NCBI GenBank assembly: GCA_043228905.1
Contig: JBHGNT010000003.1
Location: 12,648,001-12,712,000, forward strand
Direction: 5' to 3'
Origin: Azolla caroliniana
Lineage: Eukaryota > Plantae > Polypodiophyta
Length of the DNA: 64,000 nt
Shown here: positions 1 through 12,033 of the stretch, piece by piece
Position numbering within the stretch: the first letter of the stretch is position 1
How the letters are laid out: every line of letters starts with the position of its first letter
The notes under the pieces: generated by a model
Databases searched by the model: none
Seen by the model: only the letters and a program-made list of their open reading frames with translations
What the model was told of the DNA's origin: nothing
Translations under genes and position numbers: made by a program

Positions 1-680
1 CTCCAAATGTCTTCCGACCAATTTGGCTGGCCCAATGTGTTCTTTATCTAACATCCGACTTCCGGCTGGATGGTGCGTATCTCATCCGGTGTTCTCTTCC
101 AGTCAACTAGGAGGATGATCCCATCTTCTCCGTCTCCCAATCAGCAATAGCGTTTTCTGCCATGAAGACTATGTACCGGATCCTGATGACCTGGTTCTAC
201 TTCTCAGGGGGGCGTTCTACTTCTTAAAGGGTGTCTCTTCCCTTGGTTATGATTAGTCGGCTCTGCATCGTTCTCTTTTGTTGGCTTCTCATCCGAGTTC
301 GATTTGGATCCTTGTCAATGTCCGTCTTCCGGATGCCCTTTCGGATGGTCCGGCTCCTTGTCTGGATCTGGCCTCCAAATGTTCTCCGATCGATTTGACT
401 GGCCCAATGTGTTCTGGAGCTAATATTTGACTTCCGGCTGGATGGTGCATATCTCATCTAACTGTTCTCTTCTGGTCAACGAGGAGGATGATCTCATCTT
501 CTCTGTCTCCTAATTGGCAATAGCCTTTTCTTCCATGAAGACTATGTACCGGGTCCTGATGACCTAGTTCTGCTTCTCAAGGGTGTATCTGCTGCCTTGG
601 TTTTGATTAGTCAGCTCTGCATCGTTCTCTTTTGCTGGTTTGTCATCTGAGTCTGATTTAGATCCTTGTCCATGACACAT
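1..680. repeat. Imperfect tandem duplication (~350-370 bp period) in the post-integrase region
   Basis: ctccaaatgt...ggcccaatgtgttc occurs at 1 and ~372. aagggtgt...gctctgcatcgttctcttttg occurs at ~227 and ~579. Confidence 0.85.
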
Positions 681-2747
681 CCTTGCCCGTCCTCACCCTC
701 TATGGGATATCACCATCTAAAGGAATTGAGGGAGACTTGGTTATTACATACGCCGTCGTCATCAATGCTTCTAACCAAAAGGTTTTTGACAACCTAGCAT
801 GTACCAACATACATCGAACCCTTTCCATTACGGTCTGGTCCTTTCCATTATGGTCTGGTTCATCCTTTCGGCCATTCCGTTTAGTTTCGGAGTCTTCAAC
901 ACTTTATACTCTAGCTGGATACCTTATGATCAGTAGTATTCTTCAAACTCCCCTTTGTACTCTCCTCCATTTTCCATCCAGACGGCCTTCAGCTTTTGTC
1001 CGAATTCCCTTTCTTCCCTCACCTGGAACTCTTTGAAGACGGACAAGACCTGGTCCATTATCTTTAGCATGAAAGCCCATAATACAACTTCTGGCTATAA
1101 TAATCTATGAAGGTAACAAAGTAAAGTATTGTGCACCAACATGTGATTTTGCATCTACATACCATACATCATTGTGCACGGAGGCCTAGGGCAGAAGGTG
1201 GCCCTATTCTGCTTTCTCGCTAGGTAGTCAACACATTTTGTCCAGATGCACATTCTTCACCTTCGGCATGAGTTCTTTTACAGCTAGCATCTACGTGCCC
1301 TTCTTACTCATGTGGCACAACCTCTTATGCTAGAGCTCGATGGCTATGTCGGCCGCCACATTTGCCTCATTCCAGCTCAGCCATGCATGCATCACATATA
1401 ATGTATTTTGCTTCCGGCATGAGCCACAATTAGGTTTCCCTTGCAGAATTTCCATGTGCCATTTCGGAAGTTACCATTGTTACCTTCATCATCTAGCCAT
1501 CCGGTTGATATCAAATTTAGGCTGATATTTGGAACATGGCGCACATCTTTTAGCATCATTTTGCAGTCTGTTGAGGTTAGCAAACATACATTTCCGATTC
1601 TGATGATCTTGCATGCATTGTCATTTCCCATCTTCACATAGTCGTAATCTTTGGCCGTGTAGGATGAGAAGCATTCTCTGTTGGGGATCAGGTGAAACGA
1701 CGCACCAGAATCGACCATCCATGACGATTCATCACCAACGAGATTTACTTCATTCTGTTCAGTAATGAACAACAACTCCTCTTCACTCATGGCGATGGCT
1801 GACGTGATCTTGCCATCTGAAATCTTTTTCGGCTCAACACCTTTGTTTTTCTGGTAATGTTGATAATTCTTCTAGAAGTGTCCCAACTGCCCATAGTAGA
1901 AGCATGTGAGCTTTCCCTTCGATTTCGACCCCGGCTTGGACCTATCCCTGTTCTGCGGACTTCTCTACCTGCCACTTCCTTTATTGGAGTCACCTTTTGT
2001 GACTAGGACCTTATGATCAGAGATGGACTCTCTGTCCTTCCGACGAGCTTCTTCATTAAGCAAGCTCAACTTCACCATCTCCAAAGACAATTGTTTTCCT
2101 TGTGGTCCTGCATTACCCAAAGTCACCAAGAGCGTCTCTCAGCTGTCCTGAAAGGATCCCAACAACAACAATGCTAGTACCTCGTCGGCTAGAGGTACTT
2201 CTAGAGAGGTGGTCTAATTGATCAGTCCTTGGAAGGCATGCATGTGCTCAACTATGCTTGAGCCATCCTGATATCTCAACCTCACTATCTTCTTGAAGAC
2301 AAAGATTGTTTACGACGTTCTTGTTTTCGAACATGAACCTGATCTTCTTCCAAAGGACACTAGTTTTTGTTTCTTTATTAAAGTTGTTGTATAGACTCAT
2401 GTCTATAATTTAAACACCTTATGTATGCAGTTGTCTTCAGATGCATGACTTCCCAAATCAATGCATCGATCTTGTTCGGTTTTTTGTTGTCGTACTACAC
2501 CAACAACCATAAGACTTTGCACATGAGCATATCTCTCATCTTTGACTTCCAAACGGAGTAGTTGGAGCCAGTAAGCTTGAACATTCCTCTAAGAGATTCA
2601 TCCATTTCTCTGATACCAATTTGATTAGCATATGGGATGGGTCATAACTAATTCACAAGCAGAAATGAGAAAGACAATAACCGAAACAACCGAAAACAAA
2701 ATAGACAAATGCACAGACACAAAGACACGAGATTTTAATATGGAAAT
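1..2747 (-). mobile_element. Degenerate Ty1/copia (Tnt1/Tork-like) 5' part: partial 5' LTR, PBS, gag, protease, integrase; runs off window start
   Basis: ORF 1392-1790(-) has protease WMVDSGASFH and LKDVRHVP, homologous to the intact copies at 15-19 kb and 47-51 kb. PBS TGGTATCAGAG is on the minus strand at 2608-2618, the LTR edge is at 2622, and the LTR is cut at 2748 by another LTR. Confidence 0.85.
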
Positions 2748-3505
2748 TGTCACATTCTAGACTTGAACCTCTAACCTGTAACACACCCAGTACATAGTGT
2801 TAGATAAACCATATGAAAATTGTTAAGTTATATGTGAACTTGTATATGGTTTAATATTGTATAGTCTAGGATATAATACATTACAGAATATTTTAGTCTT
2901 TAGTATATTCTAGAAATATTCTATGGTATATTCTAGACGGGTATATTCTAGAGATATTCAATCCCGGAACTTGTATAAATATGTGTGTTCACCTAGATTA
3001 CAATCAATGTGAACAACACCAATTACAAAGTCTTTCAATTAAACTCATCCATTTGATTCTCTTCTAATCTCTTGTACATATTATCTATCCGGGACTGTTT
3101 GTTCACCTTCCCATTCTTGTAGCTTTCCCTCTCATTAGTCGTAGCTATGGCCGACCAAGCTAGTGACTTAAGTCAGATAATGACAACCTTACAACAACTC
3201 CAGCTTGAAAATAAAGCTCTTCGGGATTCTTTACGAGAACTTCAAGTTGGCGCATTACTATACTCATAGACCGCGGAGCCTAATCTTCCACAACAACCTA
3301 GCCCGGAGCCCAATCTTCTATTGACATCTAGCCTAGATTCTTCTCATTTTCTTGAGCCTAAGGTTAGCCTCCCAAATTTTTTTGATGGAACGAGGTCATG
3401 TTTCTAGGGGCTCATCAACCAAATTCATCTTATCATTCGGCTACAACCTCAATGTTATGCAGATGGTCTTCGACAAGTCGGCCTTGTGGGCACCCTCCTC
3501 TCCGG
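2748..3505 (+). mobile_element. Truncated Tcn1/Tf1-sushi-like Ty3/gypsy: 5' LTR (~2748-3096) and gag N-terminus
   Basis: TGTCACA start and TATAAATA at 2974. Frameshifted gag fragments EPKVSLP..FDGTRS..F.GLINQI..GLVGTLLSG are homologous to gag at 45952-46419. The element is interrupted at 3506. Confidence 0.75.
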
Positions 3506-4663
3506 TGTCATGTCAAAGAAATTTGCGTGTCCAGGTGGAACCTCTGGGGTTCTGAACTAGGAGCGTGAAAATAAGAGGAAGGAAGGATAGAGTAGGAAGT
3601 CGAGCTGAAAGTATCCGAATAGTCCGGTGTAGCTTCCAACCCTATGTGTGAAGAAGAAAATCCTTATAACGTTTCATATATATAACCAAATCAAGCGTGC
3701 AGACACAAATAAGAAATCTCTTTCCAACGAGCTATAGAACGTAAAAAACGGACGTCAGAGTTGAGAGTTATGAACAAAACACCCTACACAGTTAACCCTC
3801 AAACGCGGAAGAAGAAAGAATGCCAAATAGAAGAATCTCCATTATTTCAAGAAGGAAAAAAAACCCTTTACAAAATATGTCTCTTTGATTGTCCCCCCCT
3901 TAACAATAATCCTTTCCCTTCTTATTCTAAATCTACACCTTTGCATGCGGGACATGTGGCACCAAATTCCTCTTTCCCTTTATTTGAAAAGTTGATGCAC
4001 ACCAATCATCTTCATTCAATTCTGGAATCGACACGAGAGTCATCTTCATCCCCTTTGCTCGAAAAGCTAACTCCTCATTTACATTCTCTTCTAGACCAGT
4101 ATCCTGTGATGAAATTGTCGTTACCGCTTCTAATTGGATACTTGTAGCTGTCGTTTCATGAACCACCTCTTCTTCAACATCTTCTTCCCAATTCGAATTA
4201 GCTTCCACTGATCCTTCATCTTGCAAAATGTCACGAACAAGAGAGATTCTTTGAATAACGAGTTTAATTCATTTACCAACAATTGGAACTTGAAGAAGAG
4301 TTCCATCAAATTCTGATAAAATATATGTTCCATTTTGTCGGACTTCTACCACTCGATACGACCCAAACCAACTATGAGAGAATTTTCGAATAGATTTGTG
4401 TTGATGTTCGTAACTACAATCAAACACCAAAACCCAATCTCCTTTTTTAATGGGAATATTTCGAAGTCGATGTCTCTTGTCAAACCGATCCTTATTCTTC
4501 AATTGAACTTCTTGTTGTTTCCTAGCAGCTTTAGCTATATCCTCTAGTCTATTTTCTAATTGACAAATTCTAATAGCCAAGAAATTTTCACGTTCCATCC
4601 GATCTTCCCAAGGTAAAACTCCCCAAGTGGGAATCATCCCCTCTGTTGGCATAATAGGCTTCT

Positions 4664-7600
4664 TGTTAAGAGACAAGCTCAACATCGGCTGGATCGGCAG
4701 AGCAAGCCGAGGACTGGATCGGTTGGGACCGATCGGTTAGGCCGGACCGGTGTGTAAAACGTGTGTGTAAACCGGTACGCAGACCGGTGCGTAGAAAGGC
4801 CGTATCGGTGCGTAAACCGAAAGGCCGTTAGAGAGATATTCCTCGTAAGGAATAGTTTTGGGAGTAAGAGTCGAAGCTCATTTATGAGCAATCAAGTACT
4901 GTCAGTACTTGTGTCAGCTTGATTGTCAGGGCTCGTATAAAAGTGCTCATTGAGCACATCCTATGTACAGGTTGAGTATTATTTTTGAATTAAGTTCTGT
5001 GTCTTACTCTCTCTCTGTCTCTCCCGTGCGTACTGTGCAAACCTAAGCTTTCCATTAAACCTGCGTTTTATGTTGTTCGGTTTTCCTATATTGCTTCTGC
5101 ACGCAATTCTTCTCATGGTATCAGAGTGCGAGGGTTGAGAACCTCTACAACCGACTTTGCTTGAAGGAAAAACCAATGAAGAAGAACAAGAAAACCGATG
5201 GATAGTGGAATGGCTAGCTCGCTTCCAACGGAGAAGCTCGACCGAAACAACTGCACGTCTTGGTCTTACAAGATGCACCAGTACTTGCTCAGACACGGTT
5301 ACTGGAGCTATGTTGATGGTGCAAATGACACAGCACCCGATTCGACACACAAAGACTTCCCAGCGTGGGAACAATCGGCGAGCAGAGTGGTGTACTGTTT
5401 CGCGTCTTGTGTGGGTGAACAACTATTACGCTACATTCGGTATGCAAAAATGCGAGCACCACAACTAGGAAGATCTGAAGAAGATTTTCGCCACGAGCAC
5501 CACAACTAGGAAGCTTCAACTCCGACAAGAGTTGAGCAACCTACAACAACACGATTTGCCGGTAGCTGACTATACCTCGAGGATTAAGGACATATGCGAC
5601 TCCTTAGCTTCCATCGATGTGAACATCGAGGAAAGCGAGATTGTCCAGGTCTGTCTCGGGATTTGGCGTCGAAGTTTGGGGTGTTCCAAACTACTTTGTG
5701 TACCCGGGAGAATACGCTGTCCTTTTTTGACTTACAGTCGATGCTCCTTATAGAGGAGAACCACGCCGGTGCGTCGACAAGCACGCATGCCGATAGCAAG
5801 ATGTTGTACACGGAGGGAGAGAGGCCCTGTGGTCGTGGCGGATGAGGCGAGTCGGAACACAATGGTGGCAGCCGACGGGATCAAGGAAGAAGGCACCGAA
5901 GTGATGCCGACAACAATTCTGGACCCTCCGGAAACAGGGGGAGTCGGGGCGACGAGAACCGGCAAGGGAAATCTGCCGCGGAATGTTGGTACTGTGGCAA
6001 GAAAGGCCACAGGGAGAGCGAGTGCTGGAAAAAGCGCGCCGAGTCGGAGAGGATCGGTTCCGGATCTGGTTTCGGATATACTGACAAAGGAAACCGACAA
6101 CAATCGCACTATGCCGAAGGATCCGGAGAAGCCGGAAAAGGGTTAGTCTTCGTGACGAGACACGAAGCAAACTCAATGAAGCAGTCTACCCTGAAATCGG
6201 ACGAGGTGTGGTACGTCGACTCCGGCACGTCAAACCACATGACGTGCCACGAGGAGTGGTTCTCATATCTTGAGAAACCGACGCAACCAGGAGTAGTCGC
6301 AACCGGAGACGACACTCCGCATCCGATCGCGAATGTCGGTGAAGTTCCCTTGAGCCATGTCGGGCAGAAAGGGAAACTTATGAACGTGTTACACGTCCCG
6401 ACCATCACGAAGAATGTGGTGTCGGTTGGGCAGATCGGTGACCAGGAGATACAGGTTCGGTTTACACACCTCGGGTGCTTCATTGAGGAAGAAGGTCGTA
6501 TTATTGCGCAAGGGCGCAGAGATGGGAGGATGTTCATCCTCGACTCTACTGATGGCGGCACCGCAATGTTCACGAAGGGACAGAAAGTCGAGTCGGACAT
6601 CAACTTATGGCACAAGTGGATAGGCCACGTCAACTACTAGCGGCTTCAAGACCTGCAATCGAAACAAGTGGTGTTCGGATTGCCCAAATTTAGTGGCCGG
6701 AAGGCACAAGTTTGTGAAGCCTGCCAGCTTCGGAAGCAACACCGACTTCTCTTCCCCAACGAGTGTAACCAGAGCCAGAACAAGCTCGACTTGATACACT
6801 CCGATGTGTGGGGGCCGGCACAAAACGTTAGTCTTGGCGGGAGCCGATATTTCGTCTCCTTCATCGACGACTACATGCGGCACACGTGGATCTACCTCAT
6901 TGAGAGGAAGAGCGAAGTCTTCGACTGTTTCTGGGACCTCAAAGGGTTCGTGGAAACGGAAACAGGAAGAAAGATCAAGTGCATGCAGTCGGATGGCGGA
7001 AAAGAATACTTTTCCGGTCAATTCAACAGTTATTTACAACAGATGGGAATTCGGCGCGAATTCAGTTGTAGATTCACGCCAGAGCAAAACTGCGTGGCCG
7101 AGAGGAAAAATCGGTCGGTGGTGGAAGCGGCATGGGCAATGCTGGAGGAGAAGAGCTTGCCCAAGTTCTACTGGGCTGAGGTGGTAAGGACTGCGGTATA
7201 AATCCAAAACCGGATCGGAGACAAAGTGTCGGCGCACGAGCTATATTTTGGAATGAAGCCGAACTTGCGACACTTACGAATTTTCAGTAGCATTGCCTAT
7301 GTGCATGTGCCGAAAGAGAAAAGGAGGAAGTTGGACGCGAAAGCTGAGAAGTGTATCTTGGTCGGCTATTCGAACGAGCAGAAGGGTTACAAGTGTTATA
7401 ACCCACACACCAAACAAGTGCGCGTGAGCCGCGACGTTGTGTTTGATGAGTCCGCGTCTTGGTACTTGCCTCTGACTCCGGACCTCACCTCCAATCCGAG
7501 TTCTGATGATGAGGGCAGCGAGGCCGAGGTTCCTCCGGTTGAGCCTGAAATCGGGATCCCCGAAGAGATTCCGATTTCGTTTCGGTTAAGTGGACCGAAT

Positions 7601-10409
7601 GGACGACTGAGTCAGTTCGACCAGTCCAATGAAGAGCCGGTGAGTAGAGGAGACTCGGCCGTACATTCCCCGCGCAGGAAGCTGAGGAGACGGCTCACGC
7701 GCAAAGAAAAAGGGAAGAAGAAGGTGTCGAATTACGACACAGATAGGAACGAGTCGGATCGACGCGAGTCCGACTCCGAGGGAAGCCATGATGGAGCGAA
7801 GTCCGCGTCGGCCGAATGACCTCGACATCGGCTAAAGACCGATTACGCTGATCTACCCACCAGAAGAACCCAGTTGTGCGCTTCGGATAGAACGAGTACA
7901 TGGCGCATCATTATGCATACATGACCCGTGTAGCGGAAGTGCGTGAGCCGGAGAGCTACGCTGAAGCGGCTAAGGACACGAATTGGCGCGCCGCGATGGA
8001 GGAAGAGATGCACGCATTGGCGGAAAACGAGACTTGGGACCTAGTTGACGCACCAAAGGGTGTGAAGCCGATCGGATGTAGGTGGGTGTACAAGGTCAAG
8101 TACAACACCGACGGCACGGTCAACCCATACAAGGCCCGGTTAGTAACGAAAGGCTACGCGCAAAAACACGGCATTGACTACGATGAGACGTTTGCGCCGG
8201 TCGCGAAGATGATGACCGTCCGTGTTTTGCTCACGGTAGCTGCGGCAAAGGGGTGGCACTTACATCAGATGGATGTAAAGAATGCGTTCCTGCAAGGTGA
8301 GCTTGAGGAACAAGTAAGTGTACATGGTACAACCCCCCGAATTTCACTCTGGAACGAACACTTCGGCAGTGTGCCGATTGAAGAAGTCCCTTTACGGACT
8401 GAAGCAAGCCCCGCGTGCCTGGAACGCGAAGATCACGCAGCAACTGCGTCGGATGGGCTTTGCAACGTCAAAATTGAACTCTTCCTTGTTCATCCGGAAA
8501 GGTCGACTTGGGCCGGTTAGTATTTTACTATATGTTGATGACTTGGTCATCATCGGCGCCAACCTAGGTGAAATCGACCGCGTGAAGCTCCAGCTTGCAG
8601 CATCATTCGACATGAAGGATCTGGGGGGGGCCTTCATTACTTCCTCGGGATCGAGGTGATTCGCACCCCCGAAGGCATATTGATAAGCCAACGTCATTAC
8701 GCGCTGAATATGCTCTTCAAATTCGGGATGGCAGACTATAAGTCCGTCACGACTCCTCTGGATAGAACCATCAACCTTCGCCCCGAGTCCGGCAAGGTAT
8801 GCGACCCGACGAGGTTCCGACAAATAGTCGGCAGCCTCATATACTTGACCATCACCCAACCCGATCTCAGTTATCCGGTCGAGGTGATTAGTTAGTTTAT
8901 GGCGCAATCTACCGAGGAGCACCTTCAGCGTGCGCAACGCGTACTACGGTATGTAAGCGGCACTAAGGACCGGGGACTGCTATATCGGACTGGTACAGCC
9001 TCGCCGTTGGTAAGCTACACTGACGTTGATTGGGCTGGGAACATCGTTGATCGCCGATCCACGTCCGGATACGCGTTCTGTCTTGGGAGTGCCATGATCG
9101 CGTGGAGTAGTAAGAAGCAGCCGGCAGTTGCACTGTCATGCACCGAAGCTGAGTACCAAGGAGCGGCTGTCGTGACATGCGAAGCCATTTGGTCGAAACG
9201 GCTACTTAAGGACTTGCAAGAGGAGGTGTCCGATCCGACGACGATCTACTACGACAACCTCAGCAGCATCCAGCTTGCCAAGAACCTTGTTTTCCACGCC
9301 TGGACTAAGCACATTGAGGTGCACTACCATTTCGTCCGTGAGCGTGCTCTCTCCAGTGAAGTCGAACTTCAGTATGTTCCGACGAATCGGCAGCCCGCCG
9401 ACATCTTCACCAAGCCTCTTGGTCTAGACAAGTTGCGGCAATTCTAGAGTGCACTTGGGTTGCATCACCTCGACGTGCCGAACTTGAGGGGGAGAGGTGT
9501 CCTGAATGGTGTCCCGAATGACCACCGAACCGAGTTGGATAATGAGTTCAATTTCGGATCAGCTGAAGAAGCCGAGGGCGGACCCGTGGAAGAGTCCAAA
9601 AGCGGACACGAAGGGAGCAGTTGGGAGAAAGAGCCGAAGCCAATCAAGCATGGGGGAGATGGCACCGTCAAGGGCGAGAAGACTGAAGAAGAGTTGGAGA
9701 CAGCAAACTCAGATGAGAGCGAAAACCGATCGGAGGTAGCCGAGTCGGTTCAGATGTTTGATTCAGATACGCTGAATCAACCAAGGGCCAAGCGGAAGAG
9801 AAGGCGGCATAAGAGGCGCCAACACCGCAACAACAAGGAAGCTGAGAAGGGTCGTGGGAGCAGACAAGCTGACCGGAAGGATCAAAGCACGCGGAGTCGA
9901 ACAGGCCAAGGAGCGCGAGCAAGGCGTGGAGCCAGGAGAAGCCGGAGCGTAGATCCGGAGGAGAAGGCAAAACCTCAAGTTGAGCTTGAGGGGGAGTGTG
10001 AAGAGACAAGCTCAACATCGGTCGGATCGGCTGAGCAAGCCGAGGACTGGATAGGTTAGGCCGGACCGGTACGCAGACCGGTGCGTAGGAAGGCCGTATC
10101 GGTGCGTAAACCGAAAGGCCGTTAGAGAGATATTCCTCGTAAGGAATAGTTTTGGGAGTAAGAGTCGAAGCTCATTTATGAGCGGTCAAGTACTGTCAGT
10201 ACTTGTGTCAGCCCGATTGTCAGGGCTTGTATAAAAGTGCTCATTGAGCACATCCTATGTACAGATTGAGTATTATTTTTGAATTAAGTTCTGTGTCTTA
10301 CTCTCTCTCTGTCTCTCCCGTGCGTACTGTGCAAACCTAAGCTTTCCATTAAACCTGCGTTTTCTGTTGTTCGGTTTTCCTATATTGCTTCTGCATGCAA
10401 TTCTTTTCA
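4664..10409 (+). mobile_element. Full-length Ty1/copia LTR retrotransposon, pseudogenised
   Basis: 5' LTR 4664-5115 and 3' LTR 9997-10409 (TG..CA), TSD CTTCT, PBS TGGTATCAGAG 5116-5126 (initiator Met), PPT 9985-9996. Domain order is gag-PR(WYVDSG)-INT-RT(LYVDD)-RNase H. Confidence 0.97.
5198..9447 (+). pseudogene. Disrupted copia gag-pol polyprotein
   Basis: Chain of ORFs (5198, 5594, 6152, 6668, 7226, 7900, 8318, 8656, 8899) with stops and frameshifts. Includes a CCHC knuckle, HSDVWGP integrase, [11 protein letters not shown], and RNase H ADIFTKPL. Confidence 0.93.
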
Positions 10410-12033
10410 CTTCTGACCTTAAAGTAATTTTGATAGCATAAATCCTGTAACGGAGTTGTGAGTGCATCTATCAGCCCCAGAGAGCATAAGGTAGCATGTC
10501 AGACCACATAGAAATTCGACGATCACATGGTTTGACCAAAGCTTTTGACAATTGGACCATGGCCCCTTTCCACTTTACCATTTCCCTCCGAATTATATGC
10601 AGTAGTTAGAGCCAATCGGATCCCGAATCTTTGGAAGAACATTTGAGCTTCATCTGAATCATGCTCCCCTCGATCTGTTACAATTTGCCCAACATTACCA
10701 TATCTACAAGTTACATCCTTTAATAAAAACTTTAGAACAACTGATGCAGACTTGTTTCAAAGAGGTCTTCCTTCCACCTAGTTGGACAAATCCTCACGAG
10801 CAAGAACCAAATATATCATTTGATTTCGACCAATGGCCATATGAACTACATCCACCATCCACTTATAATGCAATATAGGTGAGTACGCTGGATGTAGCTC
10901 ATCTCTCACCATGTAATTAGAATATATTTGACATTCAATGAATGACACCACATACCTTTGAATGTCCTCATACATTCCTTTCCACTGATACCGATCCTTA
11001 ATCTTCAAAAATGTGTTCACCACTCCTTTATGACCAGCCCAATCACTATCTTGAAAATCTGAAATAATTTGATCTTTCTGAGCCTGTAAACTAATAGCTC
11101 GAGTTGGAGGTTCCTTAACTTTCTTTGCAAGTCTCCAAAGATATCCATCCTTCAAGAAAAATCTATAAGCCTTCTTCCTGAATAGCCGAAAATCCTTTGG
11201 TGTCCAAACAAGGCTTCCTTCTTGTGTTTGCAGGAATTTCCCGATTTGCAATAACTCCCCTTCATATTCCTCCTCTCTAAATTCAAGAACCTATACACCA
11301 ATATCATTACAAAAGAATCCATTATCAAAATCATCCTCTTCCTCTAGAGAGCATAGATTTAGAATAGTCCGTGCTCGGGAACATATCAGCCATAGCATTG
11401 TTTTTCCCTATAATGTGTCGGATCTTTGGTTTAATGTTTTAATATAGGTAATCCATCTTAGCATGGATATGTTTGTAGAAGAGCATCTTCAAATCATTCT
11501 AAGGATTGGTAGACAATCTGTCTCTATAACCACTTCCAATCCAATCAAATAATCCTTGTATGCTTTAATCACAAAAACTATACTCCACAACTCTCTCTTT
11601 ATTTGAGCATACCGTCTTTGTTGATAATGTAAAATCTTTGTTGATCAGATGCACCTCCTCTAAATACTTCAATATGTCTTCACAATCTGCAATATGATTC
11701 GAGATGAATTTTTGACATCCATCCTGTTACGGGCATGACCATATAATATCCCATGGTGAGAATTTACCATAGTATTCTATACACATGGATAAGCGTGAGG
11801 GTTAAACGAGAGTGTAAAGAAGGGGAGGATTACTTTTAATCCTCGGGATTGAGACAACCCATTAGGACAAGTGTGAACTTGCTTGGGGGCCTTGGGTATC
11901 ATTATAAATAAGAGGCCTAACTACCCTCATTTCATCATCTTTTGACTACGTCGAGACTCTGTTTTGTGGTGGGTCAACTCTTGTAGCAAGTGTGCCAACA
12001 CCAGGTACAACTCGATGCCACAACGGTGGTATG

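Larger units (their letters stand above)
3506..11724 (-). mobile_element. Degenerate Ty3/gypsy element (RT/RNase H/integrase fragments, 3' region and LTR-like left end), host of the 4664 copia
   Basis: Integrase N-terminal part ..WAGHKGV..YVVSFIECQ..KWMVDVVHM at 10778-11251. Integrase C-terminus KKGDWVLVFD..WFGSYRVVEV at 4269-4660. RT-like fragment at ~11650-11720. Possible PPT complement at ~3891-3902 and TGTCA at 3506. Confidence 0.7.

Noticed and set aside
11711-11717. TTTGACA as an LTR end pairing with TGTCAAA near 3511
   Set aside because: It lies in a minus-strand RT-like coding fragment, with no LTR-length match and no TSD.
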